A DNA stretch of 64,000 nt. Source: Gemmatimonadales bacterium. Lineage in GTDB: Bacteria; Gemmatimonadota; Gemmatimonadetes; Gemmatimonadales; GWC2-71-9. The stretch is from positions 10,109 to 74,108 of the forward strand of contig JBFJCP010000025.1 of the NCBI GenBank assembly GCA_041615815.1. Reading direction: 5' to 3'. Shown piece by piece: positions 37,804-46,578 of this stretch; position 1 is the stretch's first letter, and each line of letters begins with the position of its first letter. The notes below the pieces were generated by a model, which saw only the letters and a program-made list of their open reading frames with translations, did not search any database and was not told the DNA's origin. The position numbers and the translations under genes were made by a program.

Positions 37804-38829
37804 ATGACAGCACCCGCCACCGAACAGTCACGGGTCATCACGGCATCCCTGGTGATCCTCGCCGCCGTGGCCATCGCCGCCGCGCTGGCCCTCACGCGCT
37901 CGGTCATGATCCCGTTCGTGCTGGCCATCTTTTTTTCCTACTTGCTCGCACCCCTGGTGGACCTCCTCCAGGACAAGCTCCGGGTTCCCAGGTTCGTCAC
38001 CATCGTCCTATCCCTGCTCGTCGCGCTCGGCCTCTTGACGCTTCTGGGACTCCTGATCACGACGTCGACCCGTGGGCTCCTGGAGTCCGTGGATATCTAC
38101 CGGGACCGTCTGCGCGGAAGCGCCGAGCGCGTTTTCTCGGTGTTGGATCGATTCGGCATCGACATGGGGCAGCAACCCATCCTCGAAGCCATCAACCAAG
38201 TGCCGTTTCTCGAGATCGCCCGACGCGCCTTCGGCACCGCGCTCGACGTGCTCACCACCGGTGGGCTCGTGCTCATCTTCGTCGTCTATCTGCTCGCTGG
38301 CCGCCGGCCCGCCGAGCTACGCACCGGGATCTATGCAGAGATCGACGCCAAGATCCGCCGCTACATCCTCACCAAGACCGCCGTCTCGGCCACGACGGGT
38401 GTCTTGGTTGGACTGATCCTGTGGATGTTCGGTCTCGAGCTCGCGCTGGTCTTCGGCGTCATGGCGTTCCTCCTCAACTTCATCCCGTCCATCGGCTCCG
38501 TGATTGCGACGCTGCTACCGGTACCCATTGCGATCGTACAGTACGAGAGCGTGTGGCCCATCATCGGTATTCTGGCCATTCCGGGCGCCGTCCAGATGAG
38601 CGTCGGGAACGGCGTGGAACCGGTACTCATGGGGGAGGGGCTCGACTTGCACCCGGTCACCGTCCTGCTGGCCCTGATCTTCTGGGGACTGCTGTGGGGC
38701 GTCGTCGGCATGCTGCTCGCCGCACCGATCACCGCTATCATCCGGATCGCCATGGCTCGCATCGAGACCACCCGACCCTTCGCGGAACTCCTGGCCGGGC
38801 ACCTGCCGGCTGACACGCGAGCCGCGTGA
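37804..38829 (+). CDS. AI-2E family transporter
   Basis: LNFIPSIG, EP.LMG..L.LHP, FWG.LWG..GMLLA.P. Confidence 0.9.
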   Translation: MTAPATEQSRVITASLVILAAVAIAAALALTRSVMIPFVLAIFFSYLLAPLVDLLQDKLRVPRFVTIVLSLLVALGLLTLLGLLITTSTRGLLESVDIYRDRLRGSAERVFSVLDRFGIDMGQQPILEAINQVPFLEIARRAFGTALDVLTTGGLVLIFVVYLLAGRRPAELRTGIYAEIDAKIRRYILTKTAVSATTGVLVGLILWMFGLELALVFGVMAFLLNFIPSIGSVIATLLPVPIAIVQYESVWPIIGILAIPGAVQMSVGNGVEPVLMGEGLDLHPVTVLLALIFWGLLWGVVGMLLAAPITAIIRIAMARIETTRPFAELLAGHLPADTRAA

Positions 38830-38839
38830 GGCCGCTTGC

Positions 38840-38958
38840 AGAACTGAGAATAGCGAATGCCGTACAGCGAATGCAGAGCTCGAACAAGGCAACGACGAGC
38901 ACCGACAGGGGCGTCGCCCATCGCTCCTGACTTGTTGCTCCTCACTCCTGACTCCTGA
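38840..38958. repeat. Two heptamer tandem tracts
   Basis: agaactg-agaatag-cgaatgc-cgtacag-cgaatgc and ctcctga-cttgttg-ctcctca-ctcctga-ctcctga. Confidence 0.6.
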
Positions 38959-38966
38959 CATCGTCG

Positions 38967-40457
38967 ATGGCCAAGACCCCATCCCGTCCCCATCCCACCG
39001 CGCCCCCCGAGGCCTGGCTTCCAGCCCGCCGAATCGCCATGGCCGTGGCTCGGCCGATCGAGCGATTCCTTCACGTCGAGGCGGCGGGCGGCATCATCCT
39101 GCTGGCTGCGGCGGCCATAGCGCTCGTATGGGCTAATTCGCCATGGAGTGCGAGCTACGAGGCGCTGTGGCACACGCACATCGCGGTCGGCATCGGCAAT
39201 TGGCAGCTCGACAAAACACTGCATTTCTGGATCAACGAGTTCCTGATGACCGTGTTCTTCCTGGTCGTCGGGCTCGAGATCAAGCGCGAATTAGTGGAGG
39301 GTGCGTTGTCCGATCTGCGGCGGGCCACCCTCCCCATCGCCGCCGCGGTGGGTGGCATGGTCGTGCCGGCCGCGATCTATATCGGCCTCAACCGCGAAGG
39401 CGCCGCGCAGAGCGGCTGGGGCGTGCCGATGGCCACGGACATCGCATTTGCGGTGGGTGTACTCACGCTCCTGGGGAAACGCGTTCCCGCCGCCCTCCGT
39501 GTGCTCCTGCTGGCCCTCGCCATCATCGACGATATCGGGGCGATCCTCGTCATCGCGATCTTCTACTCGAGCGGGTTCGCAACCGAAGGGATCGCCCTGG
39601 CCCTGGTGGGGCTGGCACTGCTCCTGGTCCTCCGGCAAATCGGCATCCGCCCCGGGTGGGCGTTCGCGCTGCCCATGCTGGTCATCTGGGTAGGGCTCCT
39701 TCGTGCCGGCATTCACCCTACGATCGCCGGGGTGCTCGTCGGACTCACCGCGCCGGTCCGTTCGTGGTTCGGGCGCGAGGGCTTCGTGGCCACCGCGCGG
39801 AGCGCCATCGACGATTTTGAGAAGGAGGTCCAACGCGGCTCACCGGATCACGATCTCATCGAACCCCTGACCCGCCTCGCCATCGCGCGCCGAGAAGCCC
39901 TGTCCCCGGCACTCCGGATCGAGAACGAGTTGCACCCCATCGTCGCATATATCGTGATGCCGCTCTTCGCCTTGGCCAACGCCGGCGTGGATCTCCGCGG
40001 CATCGACTTTGGCGACCCCGCATTCACCGGCGTCTCGCTCGGTGTGATCATGGGCCTCGTCGTGGGCAAGCCGCTCGGCGTCATGGCAGCGAGCTGGCTC
40101 GTCATCCGACTGCGGTTGGCGGTCCTGCCGGAGGGCGTCAACTGGCGGGGCGTCTTCGTGGTGGGGGCCGTCGCGGGAATCGGGTTCACCATGGCGATCT
40201 TCATCGCCCAACTCGCCTTCGCCGACGAGGGCTTGTTGGCGATCGCCAAGCTCGGAATCTTGATTGCCAGCGCCGTAGCCGGCGCCCTTGGCATCCTGGT
40301 AGGACGTTTCTCCATGACGCAAGAGCAAGCGGCGCAAGTCGCGGCGCTCACCCCCAGCCAGGTCGAGGCGTCCACCGGTTACTGGACCGGCGGGCACCCC
40401 GTTCCCGACGCCCCCGGCACCACCTCACAGGGGGGGACCTATCGCTCTCCCTCGTAG
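38967..40457 (+). CDS. nhaA: Na+/H+ antiporter NhaA
   Basis: WINE.LM.VFF..VGLEIKRE, PMATDIAFA, AIIDD, GKP.G, GIGFTM.IFI. Confidence 0.93.
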   Translation: MAKTPSRPHPTAPPEAWLPARRIAMAVARPIERFLHVEAAGGIILLAAAAIALVWANSPWSASYEALWHTHIAVGIGNWQLDKTLHFWINEFLMTVFFLVVGLEIKRELVEGALSDLRRATLPIAAAVGGMVVPAAIYIGLNREGAAQSGWGVPMATDIAFAVGVLTLLGKRVPAALRVLLLALAIIDDIGAILVIAIFYSSGFATEGIALALVGLALLLVLRQIGIRPGWAFALPMLVIWVGLLRAGIHPTIAGVLVGLTAPVRSWFGREGFVATARSAIDDFEKEVQRGSPDHDLIEPLTRLAIARREALSPALRIENELHPIVAYIVMPLFALANAGVDLRGIDFGDPAFTGVSLGVIMGLVVGKPLGVMAASWLVIRLRLAVLPEGVNWRGVFVVGAVAGIGFTMAIFIAQLAFADEGLLAIAKLGILIASAVAGALGILVGRFSMTQEQAAQVAALTPSQVEASTGYWTGGHPVPDAPGTTSQGGTYRSPS

Positions 40458-40480
40458 CCCGGCCCTGGGCGCAGAGCCGG

Positions 40481-42850
40481 TCAGGCGAGGTGCTCGCGCA
40501 CGAGCTGGTTGACCAACGCTGGATTGGCCTTGCCGTCGGTCTGCTGCATGACTTGCCCGACGAAGAAGCCGAGGAGACCCGTCCGACCCTCACGATACGC
40601 GGCTACCCGATCGGGAAAGCGACCGAGGACGCCGCGGATCACGGGCTCGAGTACCTCGCGATCGTGGATCTGCTCCAACCCCTCGCGCTGCATGATGATC
40701 TGGGGATCACCACCCACGTCCACGAGTTCCGCGAAGATCCGTTTGGCGGCGGGGCGGGACAGCGTGCCAGTCTCGACGAGGGCCACGAGCTTCCCAACCG
40801 ATGCTCCGCTCAGTGGCAGCTCGTGAATGGCCCGGCCCTTGGCTTCCCGAACGAGCTCGTTCGTCACCCATCCGGCCACGGCCCGCGGATTGTCGTAGAC
40901 ATCGAGCGCGTCCCGAAAGAGGCCCGCCAACGCGCCGTCGGCGGCCAGCACCTTCACCTGCTCCTCGGGAACCCCCAGGGCCGAAGCATCGAAACCAGAC
41001 AGCCCCGGCTGCAGCGCAGAACCCACCGGGGGGGCTGCCGGCCCCGACTCCGGCACACGCCGTCCCCGCCGCGCGCGGCGAGGGGTGGGCGGAGCAGCCA
41101 CTTTCGCCTGGAGCTTGGCCCAGGTGTCCCGCAGACCAACGGTGCGATTGAAGACGAGGGACCCCGGCGTGGAGTCCTGCGGGTCACTGCAGAAGAAACC
41201 CTGTCGTTCGAACTGGTAGCGAGTGCCGGGCGGATCATGCGCCACGCTCGGCTCGACACGGGCATGCTCGAGGATCACCAACGACTCGGGATTCAGAGCA
41301 TCCGTAAACCGCCCACCCCCCTCCACGGCGTCGGGGTCCGGCACTAGGAAGAGGCGGTCGTACAACCGCGCCCGGCACGGGAGCGCATGAGGGGCGGAGA
41401 CCCAGTGGAGCGTGCCTTTCACCTTACGACCGTCCGGCGTGGTCCCACCTCTGGTGGCGGGGTCGTAGGTGCAACGCACCTCCACCGGCTCACCTGTGTT
41501 CGGATCGTTGACGACATCCACGCACTTGATGAGGTACGCATAGCGCAACCGGACCTCGCGCCCCGGCGCCAGTCGGAAAAATCCCTTCGGCGGTTTCTCA
41601 CGGAAATCGTCACGCTCGATGTACAGCTCGCGTGAGAACGGCACCGCCCGCGATCCTTCCTTCGGTACATCGCGGGGATAATACGGCGCCTCCAACTCTT
41701 CCACCTGATCCTCCGGGTAGTTCTCGATCACCACCCGAAGCGGCCGGAGGACCCCCATGACCCGAGGGACCCGATGGTTCAAATCGTCTCGAATACAGTA
41801 TTCCAACTTGCCGATGTCCACGCGGCTATCGATCTTGGCCACGCCGATGAGATCGCAAAACCGTCGAATCGCCTCCGGCGTCACACCCCGCCGGCGCAAG
41901 CCGGCGATGGTGGGCATGCGTGGATCGTCCCACCCCGTCACATGGTCCTCGCGCACCAGCTCCACCAGCTTGCGCTTACTCAGCACCGTAAAATCGAGAT
42001 TCAGACGAGCAAATTCGATTTGCTGCGGGTGACACTCGACCTGGGTCTCGTCTAGCACCCAGTCGTACAGCTCGCGGTTGTCCTTGAACTCGAGGGTACA
42101 CAACGAGTGCGTGATTTCCTCGATCGAGTCCGAGAGACAGTGGGTGAAATCGTAGAGCGGGTACACGCACCAGCGGTTACCCGTCCGATAATGCTCCGCA
42201 TGGCGAATCCGATACAGAACTGGATCCCGCATGATCATGTTGGGGTGGGACATGTCGATCTTGGCGCGCAACACATGGACGCCGTCCGGAAACTCGCCGG
42301 CCCGCATGCGGCGGAACAGATCGAGATTGTCCTCCACCGAGCGGCCCCGGTAGGGGCTCGGACGGCCCGGCTCCGTCACCGTCCCTCGATACTCCCGAAT
42401 CTGTTCGTCCGTGAGGCTGTCGACGTATGCTTTGCCGCGCCGGATCAAGACGACGGCGTACTCGTAGAGCCGCTCGAAGTAATCCGACGCGAAGTAGAGC
42501 CGGTCTTCCCAATCGAAGCCCAACCAGCGCACGTCCTCCTGAATAGCTCGGGCATATTTCATGTCTTCGGTGAGCGGGTTGGTGTCGTCGAATCGCAGAT
42601 TACACCGCCCGCCGAACTCGTGAGCGACACCGAAGTTCAAACAGATGGACTTGGCGTGACCGATATGCAGGTATCCGTTGGGCTCGGGGGGAAACCGCGT
42701 GGCGACTTTGCGGCCGTGCTTCCCAGCGCGCACGTCGTTCGTCACGATCGTGCGAATAAAATCCGTGCCGCCACCCGGCCCTCTCCCTTCCCCCGCCGCA
42801 AGGGCGGGATCGGAAGCTAGGCTCCCACCTCGCCGCGTCCGATCGCTCAT
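40481..42850 (-). CDS. glnS: Glutamine--tRNA ligase with C-terminal GatB/YqeY domain
   Basis: [39 protein letters not shown]; tail GFFVGQVM....GKANP. Confidence 0.95.
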   Translation of the reverse strand: MSDRTRRGGSLASDPALAAGEGRGPGGGTDFIRTIVTNDVRAGKHGRKVATRFPPEPNGYLHIGHAKSICLNFGVAHEFGGRCNLRFDDTNPLTEDMKYARAIQEDVRWLGFDWEDRLYFASDYFERLYEYAVVLIRRGKAYVDSLTDEQIREYRGTVTEPGRPSPYRGRSVEDNLDLFRRMRAGEFPDGVHVLRAKIDMSHPNMIMRDPVLYRIRHAEHYRTGNRWCVYPLYDFTHCLSDSIEEITHSLCTLEFKDNRELYDWVLDETQVECHPQQIEFARLNLDFTVLSKRKLVELVREDHVTGWDDPRMPTIAGLRRRGVTPEAIRRFCDLIGVAKIDSRVDIGKLEYCIRDDLNHRVPRVMGVLRPLRVVIENYPEDQVEELEAPYYPRDVPKEGSRAVPFSRELYIERDDFREKPPKGFFRLAPGREVRLRYAYLIKCVDVVNDPNTGEPVEVRCTYDPATRGGTTPDGRKVKGTLHWVSAPHALPCRARLYDRLFLVPDPDAVEGGGRFTDALNPESLVILEHARVEPSVAHDPPGTRYQFERQGFFCSDPQDSTPGSLVFNRTVGLRDTWAKLQAKVAAPPTPRRARRGRRVPESGPAAPPVGSALQPGLSGFDASALGVPEEQVKVLAADGALAGLFRDALDVYDNPRAVAGWVTNELVREAKGRAIHELPLSGASVGKLVALVETGTLSRPAAKRIFAELVDVGGDPQIIMQREGLEQIHDREVLEPVIRGVLGRFPDRVAAYREGRTGLLGFFVGQVMQQTDGKANPALVNQLVREHLA

Positions 42851-42935
42851 AGGCTCCAAACGCATCTGGTCTGTTTCACCGCGTACACCTTTCCCTCGTA
42901 TCCCACCATCCGAAAATAACCAGCCGCCATTCGAG

Positions 42936-42964
42936 TTGACCCCCTTACGGGTCTCCCCTACGTT
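42936..42964 (+). promoter_or_regulatory. Sigma70-type promoter of tRNA-Ser(GCU)-gltX
   Basis: TTGACC-17 nt-TACGTT. Confidence 0.65.
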
Positions 42965-43037
42965 TCCTCGACTCGGTACCGGCGGGGCCGTCAGAGCGGG
43001 CGCTTCCGGGTCCCACGGCGCCGAGGTCCGCCAACCA

Positions 43038-43127
43038 GGAGAGGTGGCCGAGTGGCTGAAGGCGGCGGTTTGCTAAACCGTTATAGGGTTTAAAGCCCTA
43101 TCGGGGGTTCGAATCCCCCCCTCTCCG
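43038..43127 (+). tRNA. tRNA-Ser (anticodon GCU)
   Basis: Acceptor GGAGAGG/CCTCTCC plus G73, anticodon arm GCGGT-TTGCTAA-ACCGT, long variable arm, GTTCGAATCC; CCA not encoded. Confidence 0.95.
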
Positions 43128-43138
43128 TACCTCACCTG

Positions 43139-44458
43139 ATGATGAAACCACTTCGCGTCCGTTTCGCCCCGTCCCCAACGGGGTATTTGCACGTGGGGGG
43201 AGCCCGCACCGCGCTCTTCAACTGGTTGCACGCCCGCCATGAAGGCGGGGTATTCCTCCTCCGCATCGAGGACACCGATCGCGAACGGTCGTCCGAGGCC
43301 CACGTTCGCGTCATCCTCGATGGTCTGTCGTGGTTGGGGCTGGACTGGGACGAGGAGGTGGTCTATCAGAGCGCCAATCTCAGCCAACACCAGCAGCTCG
43401 CTCACCGGCTCGTCGCCGAGGGCAAGGCGTACGAACACGACGGCGCCATCCGGTTCCGCATGCCTGCGGGCGAACTGGCCTGGGACGACGAGGTGTACGG
43501 TTCCATTCAGTTTCAGGGCGGGGATCTCGTGGACTGGGTGATCCTCCGCTCGGACGGATCCCCCACGTACAACTTCAGCGTGGTCGCGGACGACATCGCC
43601 ATGGGGATCACCCTGGTCATGCGCGGGGACGACCACATCTCCAATACGCCCAAGCAGATTGCCGTCTACCGGGCGTTGGGCCACCCAGCGCCGCGCTTCG
43701 CGCACGTCCCCATGATCCACGGAGCGGACGGGAAGAAGCTCTCGAAGCGCCACGGCGCCACCGCGGTCGGTGATTACCAGAGCCGGGGGATCTTGCCCGG
43801 TGCAATGCGCAATTTTTTGGCACTCCTCGGCTGGAATCCCGGTGATGACCGGGAGCTCTTCCTCGACGCGCCTGAACTCGTGGCCGCCTTCTCGCTCGAT
43901 CGTATTCAGAAGAAAAGCGCCATTTTCGATCCCGCCAAGCTCGAGTGGCTGAACGGCCAACACCTGAGTCACACCCCGCCGGAGGATCTCCTGGACATCG
44001 TCCGTGCCGAGTTGGCCACCCGCGGCCTGGACGGAGAGCCCGAGCCCGTACTTCGGGACCGGCTACTGCAGATCATCGAGGTGGTGCGCGAGCGATCACG
44101 CACCACCTTGTTCCTCGCCGAGCAGGTGGCCGTCCGGCTCGACCGGCGGCTGGTTCAGCCTGATGAGAAAGCCGAGAAGACCATCGGCAAGGATCCGACA
44201 GGGTTTGCGAGCGCCCTTACGGCCGCCGCTGAGCGGCTCGGGACGGTGGGCGATGCGGAGTGGGACGCCGAACACTTGGAGACCGAGCTCCGACAGCTCG
44301 CGGACGCGCTCGGTGTGGGCGCCGGAAGGATCTTTCAGCCCATTCGGATCGCCGTCACCGGTACCACGGTCTCCGAACCTGTCAACGTGTTGCTCGCGAT
44401 TGTGGGCAAAGAGGAAAGTCTGGCGAGGATTCAGGCGGCGACCAGATGGGCGAGCTGA
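43139..44458 (+). CDS. gltX: Glutamate--tRNA ligase
   Basis: RFAPSPTGYLHVGG, RIEDTD, RGDDH..NT.KQ, KLSKRHG, C-terminal anticodon-binding domain. Confidence 0.95.
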   Translation: MMKPLRVRFAPSPTGYLHVGGARTALFNWLHARHEGGVFLLRIEDTDRERSSEAHVRVILDGLSWLGLDWDEEVVYQSANLSQHQQLAHRLVAEGKAYEHDGAIRFRMPAGELAWDDEVYGSIQFQGGDLVDWVILRSDGSPTYNFSVVADDIAMGITLVMRGDDHISNTPKQIAVYRALGHPAPRFAHVPMIHGADGKKLSKRHGATAVGDYQSRGILPGAMRNFLALLGWNPGDDRELFLDAPELVAAFSLDRIQKKSAIFDPAKLEWLNGQHLSHTPPEDLLDIVRAELATRGLDGEPEPVLRDRLLQIIEVVRERSRTTLFLAEQVAVRLDRRLVQPDEKAEKTIGKDPTGFASALTAAAERLGTVGDAEWDAEHLETELRQLADALGVGAGRIFQPIRIAVTGTTVSEPVNVLLAIVGKEESLARIQAATRWAS

Positions 44459-44540
44459 CAGCGATTGGAGAAAGCGCAAAGCAGGTTAACGATTCACATC
44501 CCCCAACATGACCACTCTGTGGCGAAATCTGTCATCGGGG

Positions 44541-45401
44541 TCAGTCCGGCGTCACCGTATCGCGCGCCGCCGCCTGCCGTGCTCGTTCGGCGTCGCGTTC
44601 TTCCTGTTTGCGTCTGCGAACCTGTTCCACGTAGTCCTTGAAGTCCTCCGCGTTCTCCGCAGCCCGGGCCGCCCGGATGATGTCCGTGCGAATACGCTGG
44701 AGTTCCTGCTCGCGTTTCGCTTCGTAGTAGTTGCCCTGGGGAAACGGGAGGAGCGCGAGGAGCGCCGTGGGGAGCTTCAAGTCCCCCAGATAGATCCACT
44801 TCCCATCCATGCCCCAGGTCTGCCCGTCGATCTCGGACGTCCACGACGGCATCGCCCGTGTCGCGAAGCTATCGGGTGGCATGCTGTCGATGAACGAGAG
44901 GATCTTCACCCTGAGCGCGCTATCCACTCGGGCGACGTGGGCCGCCACGCTCGTGGAAGGCCCTACGACCCCGAGCTCCGCTTCCAGAGGTCGTACCCAC
45001 ACCCGGCCCTCGGCAAACGAGGGGCCGATGGTGCGGTTCGTACCGATCACCATCGCGCTGTCCGGTGACGGGGGAATACCGACCGGGACCTCAGTTGGCG
45101 CGATGATCGTGGCGACGCGGGTCGTGTCCGCGCCACGAACCGGCCGCACACGTGGGGGCGGCACGACCGGCTGGCGGCTGGGCGCCGCAAAGGAAGGCGC
45201 AGACGGAACCTCGAACTCTCGCTCTTGGGGCACCTCCAACGGCGCGAGTTGGATGAACATGGGGCGGCTCCGCTCGAGATACCTCCGGCTCATGCTCACC
45301 GCGGCGAGCGCGATCACCACCACGTGAATGACGATACTCACCATCGTCCACCACGGCCGTGGACGGTCCGGTGGAGGAAGGGAAAACTTACGAGTGAGCA
45401 C
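44541..45401 (-). CDS. Hypothetical membrane-anchored Pro-rich protein
   Basis: TonB-like S.V.H TM anchor, Pro-rich linker, charged C-terminal helix; GTG 45401 overlaps the upstream gene end. Confidence 0.65.
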   Translation of the reverse strand: MLTRKFSLPPPDRPRPWWTMVSIVIHVVVIALAAVSMSRRYLERSRPMFIQLAPLEVPQEREFEVPSAPSFAAPSRQPVVPPPRVRPVRGADTTRVATIIAPTEVPVGIPPSPDSAMVIGTNRTIGPSFAEGRVWVRPLEAELGVVGPSTSVAAHVARVDSALRVKILSFIDSMPPDSFATRAMPSWTSEIDGQTWGMDGKWIYLGDLKLPTALLALLPFPQGNYYEAKREQELQRIRTDIIRAARAAENAEDFKDYVEQVRRRKQEERDAERARQAAARDTVTPD

Positions 45402-46578
45402 CGGCCACTCCCAGGCGCTCGCAGATCCGCGCCATCCGATTCCCAGCCTCGGACAACCGATCCGGCTCAGCGCTGAGGGCAATGCGGAAGAACCCTTCAC
45501 CGCCGGGCCCAAACGCCGAACCTGGGACCACTACCACTGCTTCACCTTCCAGCACGGCCATGGCAAACTCTCGTGCTGGGCGCCGGCCCGGAACTGGGAC
45601 CCACACATACATCGTGGCCCGCGGAGGACGGACGGGGAGCCCGGCCTCGCCCAGAGCGACCACACACGCATCGCGCCGCTCCATGAAACGCCTCCGGAAC
45701 TCCACGATGAGATCGTCCGCAGCATCGAGCACCCGAGCGCCCGCGCTTTGCACTGCCAAGAAAGGTCCCGTGTCCATGTACTCTTTTACACGCGAGAGGG
45801 CCCGAATGAGTCGCGCGCTTCCAACAGCCCATCCCAATCGCCAGCCCGTCATCCCAAAGCTCTTTGAGAACGAGTGGAACTCGAGCGCAATCTCGCGGGC
45901 CCCCGGAAGCTCCATGATGCTGGGGGCTCGGTAGCCATCGAACGTGAGCTCGCAGTAGGGATTGTCGTACGCGATGACGATGTCCCGCTCGCGACAGCAT
46001 GCCACGGTCCGCTCGAGATAGTCCAGCGGAGCCACGGCCGTGGTGGGATTATTGGGATAGTTCAAATAGACGAGCCGGGCTTGGGCGAGTCGTGTGTCGG
46101 GAAGCGCCTCGAGCTCGACGAGAAAGTCCGCCTCGGGCTCGAGGCGACAAAGCTCGATGTCGGCATCCGCCAACACGGCCCCGCCGATGTACGCCGGATA
46201 ACCCGGCTCCGGAAGCACGCAGACGTCACCGCGGTTGAGCACCGCGAACGGGAGATGGGCGAGCCCGTCCTTCGAGCCCAGCAACGGCAGCACTTCCGTG
46301 AAGGGATCCACCGTCACGCCAAACCGACGCGCCATGTAGCGGGCGACCGCCTCGCGAAAGGTGGGGAGGCCCAACTGGAAGCCGTACCGGCTCATTCGGC
46401 TGTCGTTCAGGGCCTCCCGCAGGGCCTCGACCGCTACCTGCGGTGGCGGAACGTCCGCATCACCCACACTGAGATCGATGACGTCTCGCCCCTCGGCCAC
46501 CATCTGCCGCTTGATCGTGGCTAAGTCGGCCACGGCATATGCGGGGAGCCGCTGGAGGCGCGCGATGTCGCGCGTCAT
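45388..46578 (-). CDS. PLP-dependent class I/II aminotransferase (LL-DAP aminotransferase-like)
   Basis: GSKDGL, NYPNNPT, D..Y, SFSKSFGMTGWRLG. Confidence 0.88.
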   Translation of the reverse strand: MTRDIARLQRLPAYAVADLATIKRQMVAEGRDVIDLSVGDADVPPPQVAVEALREALNDSRMSRYGFQLGLPTFREAVARYMARRFGVTVDPFTEVLPLLGSKDGLAHLPFAVLNRGDVCVLPEPGYPAYIGGAVLADADIELCRLEPEADFLVELEALPDTRLAQARLVYLNYPNNPTTAVAPLDYLERTVACCRERDIVIAYDNPYCELTFDGYRAPSIMELPGAREIALEFHSFSKSFGMTGWRLGWAVGSARLIRALSRVKEYMDTGPFLAVQSAGARVLDAADDLIVEFRRRFMERRDACVVALGEAGLPVRPPRATMYVWVPVPGRRPAREFAMAVLEGEAVVVVPGSAFGPGGEGFFRIALSAEPDRLSEAGNRMARICERLGVAGAHS

